Shown here: positions 53,286 through 64,000 of the stretch, piece by piece
Layout: each line of letters opens with the position of its first letter
How positions within the stretch are numbered: the first letter of the stretch is position 1
Assembly: GCA_047285305.1 (NCBI GenBank)
Contig: JBJBDL010000003.1
Coordinates: forward strand, 320,001 to 384,000
Origin: Synechococcus sp.
Lineage (GTDB): Bacteria > Cyanobacteriota > Cyanobacteriia > PCC-6307 > Cyanobiaceae
Length of the DNA: 64,000 nt
Direction: 5' to 3'
Translations under genes and position numbers: made by a program
Notes under the pieces: model-generated
Databases searched by the model: none
Told to the model about the DNA's origin: nothing
Seen by the model: only the letters and a program-made list of their open reading frames with translations

Positions 53286-54251
53286 ATGCCGATCCATCTG
53301 CTCTGGGGTGATGACGCCGCTGCGCGGGACCGGGCCATCGATGCCCTGATCGGCAAGGTTGTCGACCCCAGCTGGAGCAGCCTCAACCTCAGCCGCCTGG
53401 ATGGAGCGGACGCCGGGCAGGCCCTGCAGGCCCTCGAGGAGGCCCGCACTCCTCCCTTCGCAACAGGCGAACGGCTGGTGCTGCTGCAGCGCAGTCCGTT
53501 CTGCAATGGCTGCCCCAGTGAGCTGGCTGACCGGTTTGAGGCCGCCCTCGAGCTCATTCCCGACAGCAGCCACCTGGTGCTGGTGAACCCTGCCAAACCC
53601 GATGGTCGCCTGCGCACCACCAAAGCCCTGCAGAAACGAATCAAAAACGGGCTCGATCAGGAGCAGAGCTTCCCGCTTCCCGCTGCCTGGGATGGCAACG
53701 GCCAGCGCCAGCTGGTGCAACGCACGGCCGAGGCCCTGGGCCTGAAGGTAGAGCCGGATGCCATTGACGCCCTGGTGGAGGCCATCGGCACCGACAGCGC
53801 CCGGCTCGAATCGGAACTGCGCAAGCTCTCCCTGCGGGACACCAGCATTTCCGCTGCACGGGTGCAGGAGCTGGTGGGAGGGCGCTCCACCAACGCCCTG
53901 GCCGTGGGCGATGCCCTGCTGGAGGGCAACCCCGGCGAAGCGATCGCCCGCTGGGATGCCCTGATCGAAGCCGGGGAACCAGCCCTGCGCATCGTGGCCA
54001 CCCTCACCGGTCAGATCCGCGGCTGGCTCTGGGTGAGCCTGCTGGAACAGCAGGGGGAACGGGATGTGGCGGTGATCGCCAAGGCAGCTGGGATCGGCAA
54101 CCCCAAACGCATCTACGTGATGCGCAAGCAGCTGCAGGGCCGCCCGCCCAAGCGCTTCCTCTCACTCCTGGGCCGTCTACTGGAGGTGGAGGCCCGGCTG
54201 AAACGCGGCGCTCAGCCGGGCGACGCCTTCCGCGACGGCCTGCTGGGCTGA
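53286..54251 (+). CDS. holA: DNA polymerase III delta subunit
   Basis: MPIHLLWGDD, ARTPPF, KPDGRL, ELRKL, IGNPKRIY. Confidence 0.9.
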   Translation: MPIHLLWGDDAAARDRAIDALIGKVVDPSWSSLNLSRLDGADAGQALQALEEARTPPFATGERLVLLQRSPFCNGCPSELADRFEAALELIPDSSHLVLVNPAKPDGRLRTTKALQKRIKNGLDQEQSFPLPAAWDGNGQRQLVQRTAEALGLKVEPDAIDALVEAIGTDSARLESELRKLSLRDTSISAARVQELVGGRSTNALAVGDALLEGNPGEAIARWDALIEAGEPALRIVATLTGQIRGWLWVSLLEQQGERDVAVIAKAAGIGNPKRIYVMRKQLQGRPPKRFLSLLGRLLEVEARLKRGAQPGDAFRDGLLG

Positions 54252-54297
54252 TCACTGCCCGCCAGATGAGAAAATCCAGCGTTGCTGAGCCCGGTCC

Positions 54298-56103
54298 ATG
54301 GCCCTCCTGGTGCAGAAATTCGGGGGCACCTCCGTCGGCAGCGTGGAACGCATCAAGGCGGTGGCTGATCGGATCGGACGTTGCCGGGAGGAGGGGCACG
54401 ACGTGGTTGTGGTGGTCTCCGCCATGGGCCACACCACCGATGAATTGACCGGTCTGGCCAACGCCATCACCTCTGCCCCCACCCAGCGGGAGATGGACAT
54501 GCTGCTGGCCAGTGGCGAACAGGTGTCGATCGCCTTGCTGGCGATGGCCTTGAACGCCCAGGGGGTCAGTGCGACGTCGATGACCGGTCCACAAGTGGGC
54601 ATCGCCACGGAATCCACCCATGGCCGGGCCCGGATCCTCGGGATTCGCACCGACCGAATCCGCAACCGCCTCGCAGCTGGCCAGGTGGTGGTGGTGGCCG
54701 GTTTCCAGGGCACCAGCACCAGCAGCGATGGGCTCAACGAAATCACCACCCTCGGGCGTGGGGGCTCCGACACCTCCGCCGTCGCCCTGGCGGCGGCCCT
54801 GGGTGCCGATGCTTGCGAGATCTACACCGACGTTCCGGGTGTGCTCAGCACCGATCCGCGCAAGGTGTCCGATGCCCAGCTGATGGAGACGATCAGCTGC
54901 GACGAAATGCTGGAACTCGCCAGCCTTGGCGCCTCCGTGCTGCATCCCAGGGCCGTTGAGATCGCCCGCAACTACGGCGTGAACCTTGTGGTGCGCTCCA
55001 GTTGGAGCGATGCCCCCGGCACCCGGATCACCAGCCGTTCAGCCCGTCCGATCAGCAGCAGTGGCCTGGAGCTGGGCAGCCCTGTGGATGGGATGGAGGA
55101 AGTGGACGGACAGGCCGTGCTCGCCCTCTCCCACATTCCCGATCAACCTGGGATTGCCGCACGCCTGTTTGAAACCCTCTCCGAGGCGGGAATCAATGTG
55201 GACCTGATCATTCAGGCCACCCATGAGGGCAGCAGCAACGACATCACCTTCACGGTGGCGGAAGCGGATCTCGAGCTGGCCCGCGCTGTAAGCCAGAAGG
55301 TGCTGGATCAACTGGGCGGCGATCTGGCATCCGAAGCAGGGCTGACGAAGCTCAGCATCAGCGGGGCCGGAATCATGGGGCGCCCTGGCATTGCCGCCGG
55401 CCTGTTCAACTGCCTATGTCAGCAGGGCATCAACCTCCGCCTGATCGCCACCAGTGAGGTGAAGGTGAGCTGCGTGATCGACTCCGGCGCCGGCAGCAAA
55501 GCGGTTCAAGCCGTGCAGGAGGCCTACGACTTGGAGGACTCGCAAATCCGCATGAATCCCACCGACAACGGCAGCGGGGAACCGGAAGTGCGCGGCGTCG
55601 CCCTCGACCGCGACCAGGTGCAACTGAGTGTTCGCCACGTGCCCGATCGACCCGGCACCGCAGCGGCGCTTTGTTCAGCCCTGGCGGACAACAGCATCAG
55701 CCTCGATGCGATTGTTCAATCGGAACGGCAACACAGCGACGGATCGCGCGACATCACCTTCATCCTGCGCAAGGACGACCGTGCCCGCGCCGATGTAGCC
55801 CTAGCGCCCCTGCTGGCCCAGTGGCCCGGCGCAGCTCTCGAGGAGGGTGAGGCCATTGCCCGGGTGAGTGCTGTGGGAGCAGGGATGCCTGCAACACCAG
55901 GGACGGCGGGTCGCATGTTCCGTGCGCTAGCGGATGCAGGCATCAACATCTGCCTGATCGCTACCAGCGAAATCCGAACCAGCTGTGTGGTGGCCGAAGA
56001 GGCTGGGGTTCAGGCCCTCCAGGTGGTGCACGCCGGATTCGGACTGGGAGGTGAAGAGCGTCACTCCGCCCAAGGCACCGCTTCACCGAACGACCCCGAC
56101 TAA
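54298..56103 (+). CDS. lysC: Aspartate kinase (multiple ACT domains)
   Basis: QKFGGTSV, VVSAMG, TLGRGGSDTSA, YTDVPG, repeated ATSE ACT motifs. Confidence 0.96.
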   Translation: MALLVQKFGGTSVGSVERIKAVADRIGRCREEGHDVVVVVSAMGHTTDELTGLANAITSAPTQREMDMLLASGEQVSIALLAMALNAQGVSATSMTGPQVGIATESTHGRARILGIRTDRIRNRLAAGQVVVVAGFQGTSTSSDGLNEITTLGRGGSDTSAVALAAALGADACEIYTDVPGVLSTDPRKVSDAQLMETISCDEMLELASLGASVLHPRAVEIARNYGVNLVVRSSWSDAPGTRITSRSARPISSSGLELGSPVDGMEEVDGQAVLALSHIPDQPGIAARLFETLSEAGINVDLIIQATHEGSSNDITFTVAEADLELARAVSQKVLDQLGGDLASEAGLTKLSISGAGIMGRPGIAAGLFNCLCQQGINLRLIATSEVKVSCVIDSGAGSKAVQAVQEAYDLEDSQIRMNPTDNGSGEPEVRGVALDRDQVQLSVRHVPDRPGTAAALCSALADNSISLDAIVQSERQHSDGSRDITFILRKDDRARADVALAPLLAQWPGAALEEGEAIARVSAVGAGMPATPGTAGRMFRALADAGINICLIATSEIRTSCVVAEEAGVQALQVVHAGFGLGGEERHSAQGTASPNDPD

Positions 56104-56135
56104 CGGTCGAAAACTGGGGACTGGCCCCCTTACGC

Positions 56136-56914
56136 GTGGACGCCGATTTCGAGCAGCACTACCAAGCCGCGGAACGGGCCTATGGCGTCGGGGACTACGC
56201 CGAGGCCGACGCCCTCGCCTCAGCGTTGTGGGATCAACTCCAAGCCGCATCAGACCAGCACGACCCAAGCCTGGTCTTGGGCTGGCGGGCGGTGGTGTCG
56301 TTGCTCCTGGGTCACATCCAACTGCAAGGGCTCCAGCAACCGGAGCAAGCCGCCATCTCCTAAGAACGGGTGCTGCAGGGTGACGTGGACGCCACCATCG
56401 CAGCTCTGGCGGACCAGGGACTGCAGCGCTGCCGATCAGAAGAAATCGTCAGCGGAGCGGTACGACGCCCGCAACCAACTGCGCCATCCCAAATCTGCTC
56501 AAGGATCCCTTTCTGAATACGGATCCCGATCAAGCCAGGCCAGCACCGGCTGATGCGATCACCGCAATGCCATGGTTGTCCAGCGATGAGGAACCCCGGG
56601 CCATGACGACTCCGGATCCCTCGCCCACTCCGGCTCCTCTAAAGGCTCCTGTGCCAAGCCCAGAAACAGCTGTCACTCCAGTAGCTAATTCAGACGTGGA
56701 GAAGCAGGAACCAGAACCCACTGCAAAAGAACCATCCCTCGACACCATCGAGCCAGCGCCCCAACCCCAGGAGCCTGCGGCCACGAAGCTTTTGGAACAC
56801 TCATGGCTCCGCGTTCAACTCCAGCCTGAAACCAAAAGCCCCACCGACTCCATGGAGCCGATGGGGCTGATTAACAGGATCAAAGGGGTCTTCGTCCGAT
56901 CAGCTGGCCGCTGA
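56136..56914 (+). pseudogene. Disrupted hypothetical protein (TPR-like N-terminus, Pro-rich C-terminus)
   Basis: In-frame TAA at 56361-56363 followed by coding-like ERVLQGD...QGLQRC; frameshift near 56455 into the frame of ORF 56567-56914. Confidence 0.65.
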
Positions 56915-58939
56915 ACGACGACGACGGGTACGGCCTGCAGGCATCTCCGGCTCCGGGGAACCAGGGGCTGCCTTTTCAGCCACCGGTTGAGGAGCCACTT
57001 TCTCCACCACTGCGGTTGCCGCCGCGGCACGAACGGGGGCTGGGGTTGCCGAGCCAGACCGGCCGTTGCCCTGGTTGTTCCGCACGGGAGCGGGAGTGCC
57101 ACCGCCACCGCCGTTGCGACGGCCATAGGGAGAGCCACCACCACGGCCACCGCGACCGCGGGGAGCCGGACGGTCATCGGGCTCAGCATCGGCACGGCCC
57201 TTGTAGACCGGTGTGCCGCCAGGGGCCGGCTGCACCAGACAGAGGATCAGCGGCTCCACCTGCAGTTCACGACGCATCCGGCGGCCAAGGCCAACCTCCA
57301 CTTCACGCTGCACACCCATCCAGTCCACCTCCGGCGCCTTGCCACCGGTGTTGCGGCAGAGCTGTTTCCAGCGGTTTTCAAGCACCCACTTGATTTCGCG
57401 CTCCACCCACAACGACATCTTGCGGGCATCAGCTGTGGTGACCACACCCCGCAGGTTCACCCGCGGCGGAGCCACCATGGCGCCATCGGTGCTGATGGCA
57501 GCGAGGATCGTCACCACGCCGTCTTCCGCCAGCTGCTGGCGCTCCTTCAGCACCCGGGCATCAACGATGCCGTTGCGGGATTGATCCAGCAGCTCGATGC
57601 CCGCCTTCACGGCATTGCCTTTGCGGATCGAATCCGGGGTGAGCTCCACCACATCACCGTTGTCGATGATCAGGGTGTTGTCGACCGGAACCCCCATCGC
57701 ATGGCCGGTGCGGGAGTGCTGCACCAGCATCCGGTGCTCACCGTGCACCGGCACGAAGAACTTGGGCCGGGTGAGGGCCAGCATCAGTTTCTGGTCTTCC
57801 TGGAAGCCATGGCCGGAAACGTGGATGCCTTCGCCCTTTCCGTAAACGACCTTGGCACCCAGCATCATCAGCTTGTCGATGGTGTTGACCACGGAAATCG
57901 TGTTTCCCGGGATCGGGCTGGCCGAGAAGATGATCGTGTCGGTTGTCTTCACCTTCACCTGGGGATGCTCACCGCGGGAAATGCGGCTCAGGGCAGCCAG
58001 CGGCTCACCCTGGCTACCGGTCATCAGCAGCAGGGTTTCACGATCGGGCACATCGTTGATCTGCTTGATCGGCACAAACAGTTCATCCGGCGCGCGCATG
58101 TAGCCCAGTTCCCGCGCCTTCGCGATCACGTTGAGCATCGAGCGGCCCAGCAGCCCCACCTTGCGGCCGTTCTTCAGGGCCAGCTCCAGAATCATCGACA
58201 CGCGATGAATCGAGCTGGCGAAGGTGGTCACAATCACTCTCCCTTCGGCATTGGCGATGTGGCGATCCAGGTTGGGGAAGACTGAGCGCTCCGGCGGGCA
58301 GAAGCCAGGGACCTCGGAGTTGGTGGAATCGCTGAACAAACAGAGGACGCCCTTGTCACCGTGGTGAGCCAGGCGGGCCATGTCGAAGTTTTCGCCGTCA
58401 ACCGGGGTGTGGTCGAACTTGAAGTCACCCGTGAAAATCACGGTCCCCACCGGTGTGGAGATGGCCAGCGAGAAGCTGTCGGCCATCGAGTGGGTGTTGC
58501 GGATGAACTCCACGGAGAAGTGCTGACCCACCTTCACCACATCGCGCGGACCGACGGTCTGCAGGGTGGTGCGATCGCGGACGCCGGCCTCATCCATTTT
58601 GCCGGTGAGCATCGAGAGGGCCAGCCGCGGCCCGTAGATCACCGGAATGTTGAAGTGCTTGAGGTGATGGGCAATGCCACCGATGTGGTCTTCATGACCA
58701 TGGGTGACGATCATTCCGCGGATCCGCTTCTGGTTCTCGCGCAGAAAGCTGGTGTCGGGCAGCACCACATTCACCCCGTGCATGCCATCGCTGGGGAAGG
58801 CCAGACCGGCATCCACCAGCATCAGGTCATCGCCGTACTCGAACACACAGGTGTTCTTGCCGATCTCGTGGAGACCACCCAGGGGAATCACCCGAAGGCA
58901 GGGCTCCTGACCCTTGCTGGATCGCGCGTTGTTGGCCAT
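56900..58939 (-). CDS. rnj: Ribonuclease J
   Basis: PLGGLHEIGKN, THGHEDHIG, TGDFK, TGSQGEP, HVSGH, PVHGE. Confidence 0.97.
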   Translation of the reverse strand: MANNARSSKGQEPCLRVIPLGGLHEIGKNTCVFEYGDDLMLVDAGLAFPSDGMHGVNVVLPDTSFLRENQKRIRGMIVTHGHEDHIGGIAHHLKHFNIPVIYGPRLALSMLTGKMDEAGVRDRTTLQTVGPRDVVKVGQHFSVEFIRNTHSMADSFSLAISTPVGTVIFTGDFKFDHTPVDGENFDMARLAHHGDKGVLCLFSDSTNSEVPGFCPPERSVFPNLDRHIANAEGRVIVTTFASSIHRVSMILELALKNGRKVGLLGRSMLNVIAKARELGYMRAPDELFVPIKQINDVPDRETLLLMTGSQGEPLAALSRISRGEHPQVKVKTTDTIIFSASPIPGNTISVVNTIDKLMMLGAKVVYGKGEGIHVSGHGFQEDQKLMLALTRPKFFVPVHGEHRMLVQHSRTGHAMGVPVDNTLIIDNGDVVELTPDSIRKGNAVKAGIELLDQSRNGIVDARVLKERQQLAEDGVVTILAAISTDGAMVAPPRVNLRGVVTTADARKMSLWVEREIKWVLENRWKQLCRNTGGKAPEVDWMGVQREVEVGLGRRMRRELQVEPLILCLVQPAPGGTPVYKGRADAEPDDRPAPRGRGGRGGGSPYGRRNGGGGGTPAPVRNNQGNGRSGSATPAPVRAAAATAVVEKVAPQPVAEKAAPGSPEPEMPAGRTRRRRSAAS

Positions 58940-58991
58940 GGAAAAAGTTGTGTAAAAGAACGGGTTGCGTGAGCCGATAAGCCGGACCGGG

Positions 58992-59903
58992 CTAGGTCTG
59001 ACGGAGGGCGGCCATAGCGGTGGAGAGCGAACGTTTCATGTCGTCAGAGAGGGGGCACAGGGGCGGACGGGGCGCACCGACAGACCAGCCATTGAGTTCC
59101 AGGGCAGCCTTGACGGGAATCGGATTGGTGGTGGCGAACAGGGCCTTGAACAGGGGAATCAACGCGTCGTGCAGGGCGAGTGCGGAGGCACCATCGCCGT
59201 TCAGATAGGCCTCGATCATGGCGCGGATCTCAGGGCCCGCCACATGGCTGCTCACACTCACGACACCCACGGCACCCACCGCAAGCATCGGCAGGGTGAG
59301 GCCGTCGTCACCGCTGTAAATCGCCAACTGCGGACCGCAGGCCAGCCGCAAGGCCGTGACCTCTTCCGTGGTGCCGCTGGCGGCCTTGAAACTCACCACA
59401 TTGGGGCAGTCCATCAGCCGGGCCACCGTGGCCGGGGCGATGCTGCAGCCGGTGCGGCCAGGGATGTTGTAGAGCATCAACGGCAGCTCAGGTGCCGCTT
59501 CAGCGATGGCCCGGAAATGGGCCTCCAGACCCTCCTGGGGGGGCTTGTTGTAATAGGGCACCACAACGAGAGCGCCATCGGCGCCGGCCGCCGCCGCTTC
59601 CTTGGTGGCCTCCACCGCTTCCGCTGTGGAATTGCTACCCGTGCCCGCCAACACCTTGGCGTTGGCGCCCACGGCATCACGAACGGCCTGCAGCAGCTTC
59701 AACTGCTCGTCCCAGCTGAGGGTTGGGGATTCACCGGTGGTGCCGCACACCAGCAATCCATCGGAGCCCTGCTCCACCAGGTGCCGCGCCAGCTTTCCAG
59801 CGACGCTGAGATCCACAGCACCACTGGCGTCAAAGGGAGTCACCATCGCGGTGACCACACGGCCAAAGGGCGTTGGCGAGAGGGTGGCGGCCTGGGTCAT
59901 CAC
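58992..59903 (-). CDS. dapA: 4-hydroxy-tetrahydrodipicolinate synthase
   Basis: GTTGES, PYYNKP, YNIPGRT, NPIPVK. Confidence 0.97.
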   Translation of the reverse strand: MMTQAATLSPTPFGRVVTAMVTPFDASGAVDLSVAGKLARHLVEQGSDGLLVCGTTGESPTLSWDEQLKLLQAVRDAVGANAKVLAGTGSNSTAEAVEATKEAAAAGADGALVVVPYYNKPPQEGLEAHFRAIAEAAPELPLMLYNIPGRTGCSIAPATVARLMDCPNVVSFKAASGTTEEVTALRLACGPQLAIYSGDDGLTLPMLAVGAVGVVSVSSHVAGPEIRAMIEAYLNGDGASALALHDALIPLFKALFATTNPIPVKAALELNGWSVGAPRPPLCPLSDDMKRSLSTAMAALRQT

Positions 59904-60922
59904 TTCTGAATCAATAGTTCAGCGATCTGAACAGCGTTCAGCGCCGCTCCCTTGCGGATCTGGTCCCCACACAGCCAGAGCTCGAGAGCATTGGCATCGC
60001 TGATGTCCTGCCGGATCCGGCCGATCGCCACCGGGTCGCGACCGGTCACATCCGTCGGCATCGGGAAACGGTTCGCCGCCGGGTCGTCAATCAACTCCAC
60101 ACCAGGTGCTGCCGCGAGCAGCTCGCGTGCCTCATCAACCGGGAAAGGGGACTCGAACTCAATGTTCACCGCTTCGGAATGGGCCCGCAGCACGGGCACC
60201 CGCACGCAGGTGGCGGTGAAGCGCAGATCCGGCAGACCCATGATCTTGCGGGTCTCGTTCACCATCTTCATCTCCTCCTCGCAATAGCTGTTGGCCTGCA
60301 GGGGAGAGTTGTGCAAGAAGAGGTTGAACGCCAGGGAGTAGGGCAGCACCTCTCCTTTCGGAGTGCCGCCATCCAGCACCGTCTGCGACAGGTTTTTCAG
60401 CTCCTCCATGGCCCGGGCACCGGCACCACTGGCGGATTGGTAGGTGCTCACCACCACCCGGCGCATCGCCCGCTTGGCCGCCAAAGGAGCCAGAGCCAGG
60501 GTTAGCAGGATCGTTGTGCAATTCGGGTTGGCGATCACGCCATGGTGGGCGAAGGCCGCATCGGGATTGACCTCGGGAACCACCAGCGGTACACCTTCCT
60601 CCATCCGGAAGGCACTGGAGTTATCCACCATCACTGCTCCGGCAGCGGTGATCGCTTCGCGCCACTGCTTTGAAACAGAACCACCGGCCGACGCCAGCAC
60701 CAGGTCGACCCCTTCAAAGGATTGAGCCGAAACCTCTTCCACCGCGAGGGTGCGGCCATTCCAGGGTTGGGTCTGGCCAGCCGAACGGGCCGACGCCAGC
60801 AGCCTTAGCTCGCCAACGGGGAAACTGCGCTCTTCAAGCAGCAGCAGCAGTTCCTGACCAACAGCACCGCTGGCACCGAGAACTGCAACGTTGAGAGGGC
60901 GATTGGGAAGGGTCGAAGACAA
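59900..60922 (-). CDS. asd: Aspartate-semialdehyde dehydrogenase
   Basis: [42 protein letters not shown]. Confidence 0.97.
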   Translation of the reverse strand: MSSTLPNRPLNVAVLGASGAVGQELLLLLEERSFPVGELRLLASARSAGQTQPWNGRTLAVEEVSAQSFEGVDLVLASAGGSVSKQWREAITAAGAVMVDNSSAFRMEEGVPLVVPEVNPDAAFAHHGVIANPNCTTILLTLALAPLAAKRAMRRVVVSTYQSASGAGARAMEELKNLSQTVLDGGTPKGEVLPYSLAFNLFLHNSPLQANSYCEEEMKMVNETRKIMGLPDLRFTATCVRVPVLRAHSEAVNIEFESPFPVDEARELLAAAPGVELIDDPAANRFPMPTDVTGRDPVAIGRIRQDISDANALELWLCGDQIRKGAALNAVQIAELLIQK

Positions 60923-61079
60923 GCGGTGGAGTGAACGATCTAAACGAAAACCCGTCGTTTCTCAAATCCGACACCACTACGTAGAGAACGTGATGCCGAC
61001 CTAGCGACGCGCTCAGCTTACCGATCCAGCCTGAATTCACCGGTTGCATAAAGTGCTTGGCTGCCCTTTCCCTTCCCCC

Positions 61080-62489
61080 ATGAGCGCTGCAGCCCTGAAG
61101 GTGACCACCGAAGCCCGCCCCAGCAGCCGCCTGGCGGTAACGGTCACCGTTCCTGGGGAGCGCTGCAAGACCAGTTACGAAGACGCCATCACCAGCCTTA
61201 GCCGCAGTATCAACCTGCCGGGCTTCCGCAAGGGCAAGGTGCCGCGCACGGTGCTGGTACAGCAGTTGGGAGGCGTGCGGATCAAAGCCACGGCTCTGGA
61301 AAAGCTGATCGATAACGCCTGGCGTGACGCCATCAAGCAGGAATCGCTTGAGCCGATAAGTCAGCCTGATCTGAGCAGTGGTTTCGACGGCCTGCTGGAG
61401 AGCTTTGAGCCCGGCAAGGAACTCACCTTCACCCTGGAAGCCGACGTCGCCCCGACGCCAAAGCTAAAAACCACCAAGGGCCTGAAGGCAGAATTTGAAA
61501 CCGTCGCCTACGACTCCTCCCGGGTCGACGCGATGCTTGAGGACTCCCGCAAGCAGATGGCCACGGTCGTGCCGGTGGAAGGCCGTGCCGCCAAGAACGG
61601 CGACATCGCTGTGCTCGGCTTCAAGGGCACCTACAGCGATGACGGTAGCGAGATCGAGGGCGGCAGCGCCGATTCGATGGATGTCGACCTGGAGAACGGC
61701 CGGATGATCCCCGGCTTCATCGAAGGGGTCATCGGCATGAAGGTCGGCGAGACCAAAACCGTGGATTGCCAGTTCCCTGACGACTACCAGAAGGAGGACG
61801 CCCGCGGACGTAAGGCCGCCTTCAAGATCGAACTGAAGGACCTCAAGACCCGCGAACTGCCCGAGCTGGATGACGAATTCGCCAAGCAGGCCAGCGAACA
61901 GGACACCCTGGCGGACCTGCGCAAAGACCTAGAGCAGCGGCTCAAGGACGACGCCGAACGCCGGCAGACCAGCAACCGCCGCGATGCCCTCGTCGCCGCC
62001 CTGGTGGAGCAGCTGGAGGTGGAGCTTCCGGAAGCCCTGATCCAACAGGAAAGCCGCAACCTGCTGGAGCAGACCGCAGCCCAATTCGCCCAACAGGGTA
62101 TGGATGTGAAGTCGCTCTTCACTCCCGACCTGGTGCGCAACCTGATGCAGAACTCCCGCCCAGAGGCGGAAGAGCGTCTGCGCCGCAGTTTTGCCCTCAC
62201 CGCCCTGGCTGAAGCGGAGGACATCAAACTCGACGACAAAGACGTGGACGCCAAGATCAAGGAGGTGAAGAAAGAGCTCTCCGCCGACGCCAAAATCGAT
62301 CCCGAGCGCCTGCGTCAGGCCGTAATGGATGACCTGATGCAGGATCGTCTTATGGGCTGGCTCGAGGAGAACAGCACCCTCACCGAAAAGTCACCGGCTG
62401 CGGATGACAGCAAGGCTGAAGCCAAGAAAAAGCCCGCCGCCAAAAAGACCGCGGCCAAAAGCAAGTCCAAGGCGGACGCCAAGGACTGA
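61080..62489 (+). CDS. tig: Trigger factor
   Basis: PGFRKGKVP signature, FKBP domain MIPGF. Confidence 0.97.
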   Translation: MSAAALKVTTEARPSSRLAVTVTVPGERCKTSYEDAITSLSRSINLPGFRKGKVPRTVLVQQLGGVRIKATALEKLIDNAWRDAIKQESLEPISQPDLSSGFDGLLESFEPGKELTFTLEADVAPTPKLKTTKGLKAEFETVAYDSSRVDAMLEDSRKQMATVVPVEGRAAKNGDIAVLGFKGTYSDDGSEIEGGSADSMDVDLENGRMIPGFIEGVIGMKVGETKTVDCQFPDDYQKEDARGRKAAFKIELKDLKTRELPELDDEFAKQASEQDTLADLRKDLEQRLKDDAERRQTSNRRDALVAALVEQLEVELPEALIQQESRNLLEQTAAQFAQQGMDVKSLFTPDLVRNLMQNSRPEAEERLRRSFALTALAEAEDIKLDDKDVDAKIKEVKKELSADAKIDPERLRQAVMDDLMQDRLMGWLEENSTLTEKSPAADDSKAEAKKKPAAKKTAAKSKSKADAKD

Positions 62490-62532
62490 GCAACGCCCAT
62501 AGATTGGCCCAACTTCACCGCATACCGATCGC

Positions 62533-63207
62533 GTGATCGACGCCCGCAGTCACCACCCCATCCAGAACCGCTGGCGGGCCGCCATGCCCGTCTCGGCGCC
62601 GGGGCCACTGCCCACGGTTGTGGAACAGTCCGGTCGCGGCGACCGCGCCTTCGACATTTACTCCCGCCTGCTGCGGGAGCGGATCATCTTCCTCGGCACC
62701 GGCGTGGATGACGCCGTCGCCGACGCTCTGGTGGCGCAGATGCTGTTCCTCGAAGCCGAGGATCCAGAGAAGGACATTCAGATTTACATCAACTCGCCTG
62801 GAGGGTCGGTCACCGCTGGTCTGGCGATCTACGACACCATGCAGCAGGTCGCACCTGACGTGGTGACCATCTGCTACGGCCTGGCCGCCAGCATGGGTGC
62901 TTTCCTTCTCTCCGGAGGCACTAAGGGCAAGCGTCTTGCCTTGCCGAATGCCCGGATCATGATTCATCAACCCCTCGGTGGCGCCCAGGGGCAGGCGGTG
63001 GACATCGAGATCCAGGCCAAGGAAATCCTGTATCTCAAGGAAACCCTGAACGGGTTGATGGCGGAACACACCGGCCAGCCGCTCGACAAGATCTCGGAAG
63101 ACACCGACCGCGACTACTTCCTTTCTCCGGCAGAAGCGGTTGAATACGGCCTGATCGATCGCGTGGTGGACAGTTCCGGGGACAAAGGAATCATTACGGA
63201 GGGCTGA
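62533..63207 (+). CDS. clpP: ATP-dependent Clp protease proteolytic subunit
   Basis: [29 protein letters not shown]. Confidence 0.98.
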   Translation: MIDARSHHPIQNRWRAAMPVSAPGPLPTVVEQSGRGDRAFDIYSRLLRERIIFLGTGVDDAVADALVAQMLFLEAEDPEKDIQIYINSPGGSVTAGLAIYDTMQQVAPDVVTICYGLAASMGAFLLSGGTKGKRLALPNARIMIHQPLGGAQGQAVDIEIQAKEILYLKETLNGLMAEHTGQPLDKISEDTDRDYFLSPAEAVEYGLIDRVVDSSGDKGIITEG

Positions 63208-63297
63208 CAGACGCCCTTCCGTTCTCGATCCTGTGTGTTCAGGGAGACCCCATCGGTTGATTCCTGAGTTGTTCTCCTGCGTGGTGCCCAGCGTTCG

Positions 63298-64000
63298 ATG
63301 GCCAAGTTCGACGCCCATCTGAAATGTTCGTTCTGTGGGAAATCCCAGGACCAGGTGCGCAAGTTGATCGCCGGACCTGGCGTTTACATCTGCGACGAAT
63401 GCATCGATCTCTGCAACGAGATCCTGGATGAAGAGCTGGTGGATGGGCAGGGCAACCCACGCCACAGCCATGAGCCGAGCCGGAAGGCCACCCCAGCCGC
63501 CCGCAAGAACAGCAAGCCGGCCCCGACCCTGGCTTCCATTCCAAGGCCGCAGGACATCAAGAGCTTCCTGGACCAGCAGGTGGTCGGCCAGGACGCGGCC
63601 AAGAAGGTGATGTCGGTGGCGGTCTATAACCACTACAAACGTCTGGCCTGGCAGGGGGATGGTCAGGGTGAAACCGAGGAAACAGCAACCCGGCTGCATA
63701 AGAGCAACATCCTGCTGATCGGACCCACCGGCTGCGGCAAGACGCTGTTGGCCCAGACCCTGGCCGAAATGCTGGACGTGCCTTTCGCCGTGGCCGATGC
63801 CACCACCCTCACGGAAGCGGGCTACGTGGGTGAGGACGTAGAAAACATCCTGCTGCGGCTGCTGCAGAAGGCCGATATGGATGTGGACCAGGCCCAGCGG
63901 GGGATCATCTACATCGATGAAATCGACAAGATCGCCCGCAAGAGCGAGAACCCCTCAATCACGAGGGATGTATCCGGCGAAGGTGTGCAGCAGGCCCTGC
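63298..64000 (+). CDS. clpX: ATP-dependent Clp protease ATP-binding subunit (3'-partial; absent from the ORF track)
   Basis: [39 protein letters not shown] zinc finger; [27 protein letters not shown]. Confidence 0.97.
   Translation, partial: MAKFDAHLKCSFCGKSQDQVRKLIAGPGVYICDECIDLCNEILDEELVDGQGNPRHSHEPSRKATPAARKNSKPAPTLASIPRPQDIKSFLDQQVVGQDAAKKVMSVAVYNHYKRLAWQGDGQGETEETATRLHKSNILLIGPTGCGKTLLAQTLAEMLDVPFAVADATTLTEAGYVGEDVENILLRLLQKADMDVDQAQRGIIYIDEIDKIARKSENPSITRDVSGEGVQQAL

Noticed and set aside
56987..58285. Long antisense ORFs (also 41813-42667, 54004-54945, 58965-59909, 62515-63699, 25293-25970)
   Set aside because: They are shadows of GC-rich codon usage opposite well-identified core genes and carry no motifs

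Overview
GC-rich marine picocyanobacterial chromosome, most likely Synechococcus (psbZ, ycf23/DUF561, a cyanobacterial-type aspartokinase, a group 2 sigma factor, few GCGATCGC sites). There are two core stretches: mutY to secA (~11.3-26.6 kb) and tRNA-Gly/uvrB to clpX (~41.4-64 kb). Three accessory cell-surface glycan regions interrupt them. (A) An AT-rich island at 1-~11.25 kb with two methyltransferases, a lone HlyD, several glycosyltransferases and a translationally coupled BNR-sialidase / STM4013-like hydrolase / GT4 trio. (B) An island between secA and the tRNA-Gly 3' end (~26.7-41.3 kb) with an RgpF-like protein, GTs, Wzm/Wzt, a sulfotransferase-GT2 fusion, a second sulfotransferase, a CxPxR sulfatase, a decayed paralogue of the island-A hydrolase and a priming sugar transferase. 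(C) A pseG-pseH/pseI pseudaminic acid islet before mutS. The most notable inference is a surface glycan system that carries both 'writers' (sulfotransferases, methyltransferases, nonulosonate synthase) and candidate 'erasers' (sulfatase, AlkP-fold hydrolase, sialidase-fold protein). Three pseudogenes are visible. No integrase, transposase, CRISPR array or rRNA was seen. All product calls come from motif recognition by eye; no database search was run.
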